Assembly: GCF_006345805.1 (NCBI RefSeq)
Contig: NC_042997.1
Location: 46,376,001-46,440,000 of the forward strand
Reading direction: 5' to 3'
From: Octopus sinensis
Lineage: Eukaryota
Length of the DNA stretch: 64,000 nucleotides
Shown: positions 26,638 to 38,310 of the stretch, piece by piece
How positions within the stretch are numbered: the stretch's first letter is position 1
How the letters are laid out: each line of letters begins with the position of its first letter
The notes under the pieces: model-generated
Databases searched by the model: none
What the model saw: only the letters and a program-made list of their open reading frames with translations
What the model was told of the DNA's origin: nothing
Made by a program: the position numbers and the translations under genes

Positions 26638-26844
26638 CATACAGAAAATTGCACTACTAGGCACTGCACACATCCTAGGCAGAACACTTTCCATACAATA
26701 ACCATCAGAGCATCACAACAAATCACAGCACATACCCAAGGCACACAGAGCTGTGCTCGGTAGTGAAGTGAAAGCACGCTATAAAAATAAAACTACTGAA
26801 TGATAATAACAATAATAATAATAATAATAATAATAATGATAATA

Positions 26845-26876
<32 letters not shown>

Positions 26877-26877
26877 G

Positions 26878-26914
<37 letters not shown>

Positions 26915-26915
<1 letters not shown>

Positions 26916-27423
26916 TTAGTATAAAAGATGGGCTGCAGCAAATATTCTGCTCTTGGTATAAAAGATGAGCTACAGCAAATATTCTGCTCAATACCACAGA
27001 TTTGCTTGTCAGTTGTTTGACCGTAACCAGTTGAGCATGTCCCTTAGTGGCTGACGATATGTGCATCTCTGATCACGAGCAGAAGTAGTGGGGGAGCATC
27101 ATAGCCATGTGTTGAGAGGGATTCTTTGGGGTTTGAATAATTCACCTCTGGAAACATGGGTAATTCTTTCAACATTCCTAAACAACCCCTATTCAGGGAC
27201 CTTTTGAGCGGGATGGGCTACTCAACCTGAAGAAATTTCTAACTGGGCCCCACCTGCAAGGTCATGTGCTGTTTATCTTGATATGAGATCACCATGTCGC
27301 GCACATATGGTTCTGATGCATGTGCCTAGTGTACCCTTATCAGACGTGTAGTCATGATGGGTATATTGGGCTCCGTATATTTTACTCCAGTGTCACTTTG
27401 ATGGCATGAACTGCTCTTTCACT
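26915..27423 (+). mobile_element. Noncoding interspersed repeat inserted in (TAA)n with an (AAT)n tail
   Basis: About 510 bp with no long ORF, ending CTCTTTCACTC-(AAT)n. It has a 37-bp duplication at its 5' end, and an inverted partial copy lies at 29754-29849. Confidence 0.7.
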
Positions 27424-27424
27424 C

Positions 27425-27466
<42 letters not shown>

Positions 27467-27692
27467 GAGAAGAAGAAGAAGAAGAAAGAAGAAGAAGAAG
27501 AAGAAGAAGAAGAAGAAGAAGAAGAAGAAGAAGAAGAAGGAAGAAGAAGAAGAAGAAGAAGAAGGAAGAAGAAGAAGGAAGAAGAAGAAGAAGAAGAAGA
27601 AGAAGAAGAAGAAGAGAAGAAGAAGAAGAAGAGAAGAAGAAGAAGAAGAAGAAGAAGAAGAGAAGAAGAAGAAGAAGAAGAAGAAGAAGAAG
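27424..27692. repeat. (AAT)n followed by a long (GAA)n microsatellite
   Basis: Directly visible. Confidence 0.95.
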
Positions 27693-28235
27693 ACAGCTGC
27701 TGGAAGTGTTCTTTGTTACTCTGACCGGTCGGCAGCCGAAGACACAGAAACACTAATACAACCCAGTAGGAAAACTGAAAAATAACTCTCAAAAACTGGA
27801 ATGTCTACAATTTCTTGTAAGTATTTTAAATTTCCCTCAAAATAAGTTTAGAAACTTACGTATCTACAGTTTTCGAACGCACAAACGATCGGATTTAAAA
27901 ACTATATCTACAACTTCTGTGAATAACTATCCTTTCTTTTCGAAAATGTTAACATCCCTTTTATTGCAAGAACACTACAGTATTCTCTGTTCGGACATAC
28001 AAACGATTACATTCAGAAAATTTTAAAACTTTAAAATCTTAAATTTTCTGAAAAAATTTTACCTTTCTTTTCTCCCTGACTAATCGAATATGTAAACATA
28101 TCTGTTTTTGCAACACAATTAAAAGCACGATAAAAAAATAAGAAGGTAAGCACCTGCCAATATATACAAACTGCACAATTACTAAAGCTAAACCACAGTA
28201 AAATGTATAAAAAGAAAAGAAAGATTTAAACATAG

Positions 28236-28281
<46 letters not shown>

Positions 28282-28284
<3 letters not shown>

Positions 28285-28770
28285 TGTGTCAATAGCCTGC
28301 TGGAGAAGATGTTCTCCTGGGGCTACAAGCTACAGTAACATATGGTGGTTAACCATATTTAGATGGCAAATATACTTCACATTGTCGTGTAGTTACTGTC
28401 TATACCTCATTGAGAGATTTATTATTGCTTGTATACACTTTGTCAAGATCAGTGACGAAAAGTCACTGGAAAAAGGATATAAATATTTGCATTGGGACCC
28501 TTCCATCGAAAACCGGTGATTGTCGTGCGCTGATGACGGGTCAATGCCCAGAAACTGCAGTCCGTGCGTATCACTTAGGTTGACGAGGGAAGGATGACCT
28601 CCCTTTGCAAATACCGATAGGGCACAGAAAGTGAGTCAATAGCCAGCTGGAGAAGATGTTCTCCTGGGGCTACAAGCTACAGTAACATCCACCCTTAGTG
28701 GTTAGCCATATTTAGATGGCAAATATACTTCACATTGTCGTGCAGTTACTCTCTATACCTCGTTCAGAGA

Positions 28771-28774
<4 letters not shown>
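28282..28774 (+). mobile_element. Hammerhead-bearing 347-bp unit present as ~1.4 tandem copies (candidate retrozyme / PLE pLTR)
   Basis: Direct repeats 28282-28421 and 28629-28774 flank a unique segment carrying an HHR. (TA)n lies on both sides. Confidence 0.75.
28515..28575 (+). ncRNA. Type I hammerhead ribozyme motif
   Basis: GGTGAT-tgt-CGTGCG-CTGATGA-C-GGG(tcaatg)CCC-A-GAAA-C(TGCA)G-TC-CGTGCG-t-ATCACT. Intact core, GUC triplet (cut after 28562), palindromic ACTGCAGT stem III, and an extended stem I with an internal loop. Confidence 0.8.
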
Positions 28775-28809
<35 letters not shown>

Positions 28810-30372
28810 TTGTATCAGTAATTAAAAACAGAACAAGGGGAATTGCTTCTTTCGAAGACCAAGGTTAGCGCTCTCATTGATCGCTAGTAATAGTAAACAC
28901 ATTTGACCCTCTGCTGAACCCAAGGGTCTAAGGCTTCTTTTGTCCCCTGATAACACAAGAATGCGAACGCCCATTGTTGATCCCCTTCTCACCATCTGCT
29001 GAAACTCTTTACAGACCTGTGGAATTTGTTCCATTCACCAAACTGTTTCTCTTCCTCCTATTATTCCCCCAAAGGTCACATATTCATGATTATCTCAATT
29101 ACAAAACAAAAGTAAAAATAAACAACATTTAATAATACCACATAGTAGTAGGAGCAAAGGTGGCGGATTTAAATGGGGTTAGCCGCGACGATACAGTTCA
29201 AAGCACTATTGGTGGTAACAAACGATGACGAATGCTGTAATAGCAAGATTGAAGTGACTGTAACAGTATTAATTGCGGAATCGTCAATAGTAGCAGAGAA
29301 AACAACCGTCTTTACATCTATCACAGTACAGGGCTCAATACTAATAATTTCAATGTAGCACAAATATGTCTTAGGAAACAAAAAGGAAAACTTCAACAGT
29401 ACACCAAATCACTTTCCTATGGTCAATATGGAAGCGCGTCTCTCAGGGGAGAGTCAGTCTGGGGTCGAAAATTCAACCACTGACACAAATTCTTCTCTGA
29501 ATAAGAACCTGGATGGTCACTTGAACGGGAACTGCACCAACTCGAGCCCTCCAAATCCACTACCACATCCACCACAGAAAGAAAAATGTAAGAGGATCAA
29601 ATGGAACCAAGAAGAGTTTACAGAAGTAATATATGAATATTGATATGCATTAGGTAGACTATCTGAAGAAAAACACACTACAGACATTTATCAAATATGG
29701 AGAACACGATATCAAGACGCAAGAATATATTTGGACGAAAATAAGTTAGCAAATGGTTAAGGTCAACCAACTGACAAGCAAATCTGTGGTATTGAGCAGA
29801 ATATTTGCTGTAGACCATCTTTCATACCAAGACAAAACAATGTATATGAGCATACGCAGTGACCATAATATCTTGGCACAAGCATTTTATAAACTCAGAA
29901 AATATAAAGATTTGCTAATCGAAATCGAAAAGATGTGGCATCTCAAGACAGTTACAATATCAGTTATTGTAAAAGCACTTGGAATGATCAGTAAATGAAA
30001 ATTATTTAAGAATGATGCCTGATTTACCATCCATACAGGAAGTGCAAAAGAGTGTCTTAAAAGGTACGTTTTGAGAAGAAGATTGTCGCTGTGAATTGTC
30101 TTTCCTTTTCCTTCCTTTTATTTTATTTATTCTTTTATTTGTTTCAGTCATTTGACTGCGGCTATACTGGAGCACCACTTTTCCACATCTTCAGAAATAT
30201 AAGACTCACAGATAGTGAAATAATTGCTATCAAGCATGCAGTGGAAAATGACCTAAATATAAGAGAGAAAGGATATGAAGAACCAGACCAAGCGAGCTAC
30301 TCTCCAATAGTCTCAACTGAAAGACTGCCATTTGACTAGAACCTGTAAACGTCTGGAGAAATAAATTGTAAT

Positions 30373-30530
30373 GAGGAGTGGCTGTGTGGTAAGTATGTTG
30401 CTTACGAACCACATGGTTCCAGGGTCAGGCCCACTGCGTGGCACCTTGGGCAAGTGTTTTCTGCTATAGCCTCGTGCCGACCAAAGCTTTGTGAGTGGAT
30501 TTGGTAGATGGAAAATGAATGAAGCCCGTC

Positions 30531-30571
<41 letters not shown>

Positions 30572-30798
30572 TGTGTGTGTATATATTTGTGTGTCTGTGT
30601 TTGTTCCCCCCCAGCAACGCTTGACAACCGATGCTGGTGTGTTTACGTCCCCGTAACTTATCGATTCGGCAAAAGAGACCGATAGAATAAGTACTAGGTT
30701 TACAAAGTATAAGTCCTGGGTTCGATTTGGTAGACTAACGGCAGTGCTCCAGCATGGCCACAGTCACATGACTGAAACAAGCAAAAGAGTAAAAGAGA
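30373..30798 (+). mobile_element. SINE family B, full length, inserted in the Dong relic
   Basis: GGAGTGGCTGTGTGGTAAG head through to the CAGTGCTCCAGCATGGCCACAGTCACATGACTGAAACAAG tail. Confidence 0.9.
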
Positions 30799-32518
30799 AC
30801 TTGAAAAGATAGCGAGAAAAGTGGTGGAGAATCAATATTGAAGAATACACAATTAATGGAGAACATAGAGAGTCTATGATAGAACTGAAGCAGAAAATCA
30901 TGAATAAGCTTGCAGTTTTAACACACGCCAATATACATGATAAAGAACCACTTCGTAAGCTCTCAAATACAATCCAAAATAGAAAACAAATTAAAATTGG
31001 AAACTTTGTAACAAAGGAAATTATACAAGAATAAAAACCAAATATTAATGAATTAAATAAAACTATTTATGCTGCTGCTAAGACAATTGAAACGAGTTGT
31101 ATGCCTCTGAAAAGGCAAAGAAATACAAACCTGGGAAGAATTCCAAACTGGGAAAGTGAAAATGAAAAAGAGATTGAATTAATGAGAGGTTAATTATCAA
31201 TATTGAATTAACTAATCTGTGGAAACGATGTAAAGACCAGAAAAGGAAGGAAGATGGAGAGAATACATAGATTCTCACCAAGAGAAGAACTGCTTTCAGC
31301 AAACAAAACAAAGCAACATAAGTCCAAGTAAAATTTCAATGAATATGGTTTTGAGAAGAGAAACACATTTTACAAGCAAAATACGCTGTTCACATCCAAT
31401 GCGAAAACATTCTACAGAGAAATAGGGAATGAAAAAGTAACCACCTCCTTACCATGGGAGAAGTTGAAAACTTCTGAAAAAGTATCTGGAGTGATGGAAA
31501 GACTTACAATGAAAATGTAGACTGGGTTAGACGCAAAGAAGGATCCTACCAAACTTACCAGAACATGCACGGGAAGATATCACAGTAGCAGAACTAAGGA
31601 TGACACACACGAAGGCTCATAAGTGGAAATCCCCTGGTAATGATAGGGTTCCAAATTTCTGATACGCCTTGCTTCCGTGCGACACGAAAAGTTAGTCCAG
31701 TTGTTCAATGAAATTAGAAGAGGTCGTACGAAAACACCTGATTAGTTAGTTATCTACTCCTGAATTATAATGAAACCAAATTTCCCCAAACTATCGGCCC
31801 ATAACATGTCTGTCAACCACGTATAAAATTTCCACTTACATCATCGTGGAGAAAACATACGATATTTTCCCCACTGACCAAAAACGGTGCTGACGAGGCT
31901 CATATGGATGCAAAGACCAACTCTTAATCAATCCCATGATCCTTTAGAAGTGTTATAACAAATGCAGATATCTTAGTTCTGCATGGATTGATTATTAAAA
32001 GGCCTTCGACAGCATACCGCATTCACGGGTCTTGAAATCGCTGGATATCTGCAAAATTTCTCCTGTTTTCAAAATTCCTGAAGCACAACATGTCAAAATG
32101 GAATACGAATCTCCAATTATAACACTGATGGAGTACTAACCATGAAAAATATTAGTATCAACTGCGGCATTTTCTAAGGAGGTTCACTTTCACCTTTAAT
32201 TTTCTGCACAGCCCTTATATCCCTTAGAACTGAACTTAACAGAACAGGGTATGGATATAAAATTGGCGACAAGAAAATAAGTCATCTGTTTTATAGGAAT
32301 GGTTTAAATCGCTATGGCAAAGACGATAATGAGTCTGAAAGACTGCTGCGTACTGTGAGAGTATTCAGTGATGACATCGGTATAGAATTTGGTCTAGATA
32401 AATGTGCTAATGTTACTTTTCAGAAAGGGAAATTGAAGACCTCACATTCATTGGTGTTGGATGTTGACACAAATAACTCGAACAGGATCAAACTTACAAA
32501 TATCTCGGAATAAATGTG

Positions 32519-32680
32519 GGCTCTGGCATTCAACATGCAAGTCTGAAAGTGAAGACCAGGCTCTGGCATTCAACATTCAAGTCTGAAAGTGAAGACCAGG
32601 CTCTGGCATTCAACATGCAAGTCTGGAAGTGAAGACCAGGCTCTGGCATTCAACATGCAAGTCTGAAAGTGAAGACCAGG
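32519..32680 (+). repeat. 40-bp minisatellite x4 inside the Dong relic
   Basis: GGCTCTGGCATTCAACATGCAAGTCTGAAAGTGAAGACCA four times, with only 2 substitutions. Confidence 0.95.
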
Positions 32681-33404
32681 AAAGGCTGGTACAGAAGAGT
32701 TCGAGCAGTCCTAAAATCCGAGTTAAATGCTCGTAACAAGGTGTTAGCTATAAATTCCTTAGCAGTTACGGTGATTATTTACAGTTTCGATGAGTTGAAC
32801 TGGAATATGAGCGAAATAAGGAAGATTGGCAGGAAAATCCGTAAGCTGCTGACCTGCAATAAGATGCACCACCCAAAGGCAGACGCAGGTCATCTTTACC
32901 TTCCCCCAGCACAAGGAGGGCGAGACTTGATCCAATTTGAATTCTACAAATCCACCACTGCTAACAAATGGTACAAGCACCACCCGGAGGCTGTAACTGA
33001 GGGAGAAAATATAACTATTGTTTGGGACTTCCCATTATGTACAAACAGGACCATCAAAGCAAACAAACCGGATATTGTTGTTAAAGACCGAAACAATAAA
33101 ATATATTTATTGATTGACATGAGCATACGCCGGGACCATAATATCTCGACAAATAAATTTGATAAGCTCAGAAAATATACAGATTTGCTAATCGAAATGG
33201 AAAAGATGTGGCATCTTAAGACGGTTACAATACCAGTTATTGTAAGAGCACTGGGAATGATCAGTAAATGAAAATTATTTAAGAATGATCCCTGATTTAC
33301 CATCCATGCAGGAAGTGCAAAAGAGTGTCTTAAAAGGTACATGTTGAGAAGATTGTCGCTGTGAATTTTCTTTTCTTATCCTTCCTTTTATTTTATTTAT
33401 TCTT

Positions 33405-33812
33405 TTATTCTTTTATTTGTTTCAGTCATTTGACTGCGGCTATACTGGAGCACCACCTTTAGTCGAGCAAATCGACCCCAGGACATATTCTTTGTAAGCC
33501 TAGTACATATTCTATCGGTATCTTTTGCCGAACTTCTAAGTTAAGGAGACGTAAATACACCAGCATCGGCTGTTAAGCGATGTTGGAGAGGGGGGGGGGA
33601 CAAACACAGACTCACAAACATATACACACATACATACATATATATACATATATACGACGGGCTTCTTTTCAGTTTCCGCCTACCAAATCCACTCACAAGG
33701 CTTTGGTCGCCCAGAGGCTGTAGTAGAAGACATTTGCCCAAGGTGCCACGTAGTGGGACTGAACCCGGTACCATGTGATTCGTAAGCAAGCTACTTACTA
33801 CACAGCCACTCC
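33405..33812 (-). mobile_element. SINE family B, full length
   Basis: Reverse complement of the family B consensus, ending ..CTTACTACACAGCCACTCCT. Confidence 0.9.
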
Positions 33813-36800
33813 TATGCCTATTGTTTACTTTTTTATTTTTTATTTTTTCCTTTTTTCTCTATCACATGACTTTGTAAATGAACAATCTGGTGTGTTTATT
33901 TTACTGGCTTACCAATGTATACAGTACGTTTCTCTGCCCTTGGTGTCGGGAAGACTCTCGGCAAGAAATTGAAACAGATTTGAAAGAAGATGCCTCGAAA
34001 GGATGAAATGCATAGTCGACATCGGCGTAATTTGAGCCCAGAACACAAAGACAGACGAAATGCCGTTAATCATTTTGCGCGGGGTGCGAACGATTCTGAT
34101 AGCTTGTTAATAATATTAAATGTTTCTAAGTTGCAGGCAGGGCCAGCAAGGGGATATCAGATCATCTGGAGGAAATAGTTAAAAAGAAATTTTATTTATA
34201 CTCCTGTTACACTGATTAAAATACTTCAAGAAACGACAAGTCGCATGTCTCTCCACGTCAAATATAAAGAATAATAATTATAATAACGATATCTACGAAG
34301 TTTGCAGTATTGATCTTGCATTCGTTTACACATCCAATTCAGCTCTCTAACTTCACTTCACTGCCGAGGAAGAGAAAGTCACCGTGGTAATATAATTAGA
34401 TGCATGAAACAAAATATTCATCGATGGATTTGAAAGAGAATTATGGAACAAAAACTCCCGATATGTTAATTTTAATGATAAATTAACAACAGCCAAAGAA
34501 ATGGTGAATTTCGATTAGACTGGCCTTAACCTGTCACTGTCAAACTCTTCCATTTTTCCAGTCATATATTGACGTGTATATGTTTGTGGCTGGATGTGGA
34601 GTGAAGGTTACGATCAGTCTTCTCAAATGTGAGTTATTATTGTTATAAATTGCTGGTATGAAGTTTAATAGCTTACAGCCAAAAACAAATTACACACATA
34701 CATACACGCATACATACATACATACAAACATACATACATACATGCATACATATATGCATGCATGCATACATACATACATGCATGTATGTTTGTAAGATAG
34801 GTGACTGATAAAGAAATTTTCTAAGGAAGAATTGTAGACTGAATCGTTATTTTCTTTTTTCTTAAAGTCTGTGAGGAGATGAGGAGAATGGCAGAAACAG
34901 CAAAGTGATGGACAATGTCCTCTGTTCAAATACGGCCGGGTGTGACTTGCTATACTTTCGGCCTAGACTTCATCTTTCATAAGTCTAGGGTTGATGCTAG
35001 ACGTGCACTGGAGGCAATTCAGTCTAATATTACATCTACCCATCAGATGTATGGCAGCGTATTAAATTCGAAAAAAAGGGCACAATTTATTATTCATAAG
35101 GGTATTTTGTGGCTCATACTATAGTATTCTGGATGAAATATTTTATTTTCTGCATTTAATTTCTTATCGCTGTGTTTAGAATACTACTGGGTCGGGATTT
35201 TTAGAACAAGGAAGATTTGAAGTATTTTAATCCCCGTCGGATTGTTGTTATGATATATAATCTTAGATCAACTTTGATTAATAAGACAGAAGTTCAAAAG
35301 CAATAGAACGGTGACGATGCCATTTCTTTCTCTTTCAACCTTAAACTATATGTTCAAATGTTTCCTTCCTTTCTTATGAGTGTAAGGTGATTTATAAAAT
35401 GAATTTGGTCTCTATTTTCAGCTGATAAGTATCAGTAAGATAGTGGACGATGTTTAATCACGTATACCTATACTTTGTAAAAGGTAACAGCTCGTAAAAT
35501 TAACCAGATGATCAGGAAGTATTATGGGAATTCATGCAGCCACCATAGGTCTCCTTTCAGTCGAGCATTCTTTTAGATTTCGATTTCTTCTCCTTGTTCT
35601 GGATATTCACTTCAGTTACCAACTAGTCATTAAGATAAAACAGGAATATCAAAGCTTTCCATTTTACTCGGGAAAGTTTAAGGCCTTAGCCTAAGAATGT
35701 TTCGAGCGAAAGGGTTTATTCTGATAGTCAACATGGATCTTCAACATGGAAAACCTAACAAAATACTGGAGCGTAGTTAGTTTCGACATTTTAAGTTAAA
35801 CTGTACCGAGACTTTTGGTTCTCATTTCATATTAAATGTGCTACGGTATCATTTTCCAGTGACTATACTCCTCTGCTACAAAGTTGTGTTTTCCTTTTAG
35901 GTGAGGAATTAATATTTTGCATAAATTAGTTTAGCAAATGCGACGTATTGGCAATAGTTCAAATTTGCTGTGATGATTTGATTCCTGATTGAATACCATT
36001 TATTTGTTCTGGTGAAAATCATGAAATGATGGCGATAAGAATTAACTTGCCCAGACATAAATGTATGCACCATTTTGAGGAAACTCCGCTGTTAAACGAT
36101 AAGTTGCCAATTGACAGAGTCAATTTTGCGAGAAGGAAGAATCGTTTAAGTCAGGGCCAATTATCGTCCCTGAGAAAACTGAGAGGCAAAGCTGGTAGTC
36201 ATGCCATGTGGACTTAGACTCTAAAGGGTTGTAACGAAATTCTGTAGGAATCCTACTGATTCCACCATCAAAAGCTCTTAAGATATAATACTTCTGACAT
36301 AAATGCAATAAGTTGGTGAAGGGCGAATATTGTAGAGCGGTACACACCTCAATATTTTACTGAACGTAAACAGCAATGGGGGTATGTGAAAGGTAAAGTT
36401 GATTTCAGAGGGATTGAACTCAGGACGTAAAGGCATGAAACTAAATTGCTCAGGTCATTTTGCTTTGCATTGCCTGAGACAAAATAAAATGAAATTGAAA
36501 TACAGTAACAAAATACAGGGAAAAATCCTGAATTAATCAAATATTTGAGAAGAAATTATTCTCCGATTGTAATTACACACACACAAACATACAAACTAAA
36601 CTGTGAAAGACGGAGATACAGAAAGAAAATAAAAGATTTAAATTCTAAAACAGAATGAGAAAAGCAGAAACGAAAAATAAACAAAATGAATGAAGAAAAA
36701 AAAAAAGCTGTTGAAAGAAAAATCAAAGAAGAAGCAAGTGAATGTGATGAAGAAAGCGAGAAAATGAAAACTGTAAAACGTGAAGACAGTAGAAACTTTA

Positions 36801-37388
36801 AAATAAAGGGAAAAGATGAAAGAGAGAAGGAGAGTGAAAGACGATGAAAAGGAAAAGAAAAAAATAGGGAAAAATAAAATGATAAACAAGAATTAGAAAA
36901 GTAAGGCAGGCACCAACAAAATGAAAAAGAAGACCAATAACAGTAAAACTAGCTTAACAACTAATGCAATTGATAAATTTATTGACCCATGTGAAAGATG
37001 CTAATGACTTCACTACATGAAAACACTTCTGTCATTGAGAAAAACAGAGAGAGAGGGGGAGGGAGAGAGAGAGAGAGGGAGACAGACAGAGAGAGAGAAA
37101 GAAGAGAGAGAGATTGTGAGAGAGAAAGGGCAAAGAAAGAAACAGATAAAGCAAAGTATCTATCGATCTCTAACAAAAACAACTCGATGATGATGATGAT
37201 ACTGGTAATGTAAAAGAGAAATATATTATGTGTGTGTGTGCGTCTGTACACACACACACAAACACACACACACACACACACACGCGCGTGCGCAAACAAA
37301 AATGAAACTTGTTTAGATTCACAATACAGTAACATTGTGTATAGAAACGACAATAGAAAGAGCTGATATGTAGATCTTATTGCTATAA

Positions 37389-37760
37389 CAGAAGCGTTAG
37401 CACGCCGGGCGAAATGTTTAGCGGTATTTCGTCTGCCGTTACGTTCTGAGTTCAAATTCCGCCGAAGTCGACTTTGCCTTTCACCCTTCGGGGTCGTTAA
37501 GTTAAATACCAGTTACGCACTGGGGTCGATGTAATCGACTTAATACCTATGTCTGTCCTTGTTTGTCCGCTCTGTGTTTAGCCCCTTGTGGGTAATAAAG
37601 AAATAGATATTTCGTCCGTCCTTACGTTCTGAGTTCAAATTCTGCCGAGATCAACTTTGCCTTCCATTTCTTTCGGAATCGATAAACTAAAGTATCAGTT
37701 GAGCACTGGGGTCGATGTAATCCATTTCTATGAAATTCCCGGCCATGCGCCAAAATTTGA
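37389..37760 (+). mobile_element. Two tandem SINE family A copies
   Basis: CGTTAGCACGCCGGGCGAAATG..GTTCAAATTCCGCCGAAGTCGACTTTGCC..GGGGTCGATGTAATCGAC, repeated. Confidence 0.85.
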
Positions 37761-38130
37761 AATCATTAATATTATTCAAGTTTGTATTGGTTCCCGAAAG
37801 TTTGTTAAATTTTGTTGCAAGTAATTTACTTACTGTTCTAAATATTTGTTAAAACATAGAATAAGGGTAATACTTCACTGATAGGTGAAGGAGGTTGCTA
37901 AACTAGTTCTTAAAGTGTACACGTTTTTGATATTATATTTGCTTTTGTCTGCATTTTCTTGTTGGGAATCATGGCGACAGTAACGCCCAACGAGGTGGAA
38001 GCACAAAATCTTTTTATAGCTCCACCAATTTGCATGAGGACAAAACAGCAACATCAATAACAGCAACGGTAACAAGAACAACTGAAATGAGAGCAACAAC
38101 AACAGTGGCATTAGAAATAACAGCAACAGT

Positions 38131-38310
38131 GGAGGCGCAATGGCCCAGTGGCTAGGGCAGCGGACTCGCGGTCGTAAGAACGCGGTTTCGATTCCCGGTC
38201 CGGGTATTGTGAGTGTTTATTAAGGAAAAACACCAAATTACATGTGGTTCTGGCTAGTGGGGGTGAACCCCGCTGTACTATTTCACCACAACATTCTCTC
38301 ACTCATTCTT
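38131..38310 (+). mobile_element. tRNA-derived SINE (family C)
   Basis: A box TGGCCCAGTGG and B box GGTTTCGATTCCC. There is no 3' acceptor-stem partner and a SINE body follows; related to 48991. Confidence 0.75.

Larger units (their letters stand above)
23811..26802 (+). mobile_element. R4/Dong-clade non-LTR retrotransposon, 5'-truncated, nearly intact, inserted in (TAA)n
   Basis: RT motifs (WKAPGYD, YRPITCL, EQKGC, KAFDSIPH, GIFQGDTLSPLLF, YMDD), a CCHC finger (CRICGDGQETINHIISSC), RHD, and RLE RPDIVV..IDVSIP. (TAA)n lies on both sides. Confidence 0.95.
29419..33345 (+). mobile_element. Second, older R4/Dong-clade LINE, heavily decayed and interrupted
   Basis: N-terminal KWNQEEF..YQIWRTR..LDENKLAN; WKSPGND, YRPITCL, GCKDQL, KAFDSIPH. 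YMDD is degraded to YRNG. MHHPKAD..GGR and ANKPDIVVKD..IDMS..KY.DL..MWHLKT. Confidence 0.9.

Noticed and set aside
27462-27785. Poly-Lys/Glu/Arg ORF
   Set aside because: (GAA)n microsatellite.
32519-32680. CRISPR-like regular repeats
   Set aside because: Units are directly adjacent with no spacers, they lie within a LINE ORF, and the context is eukaryotic.
38131-38210. tRNA gene (also 48738, 48991, 60442)
   Set aside because: A/B boxes are present but there is no closed cloverleaf or acceptor stem, and each continues into a SINE body.
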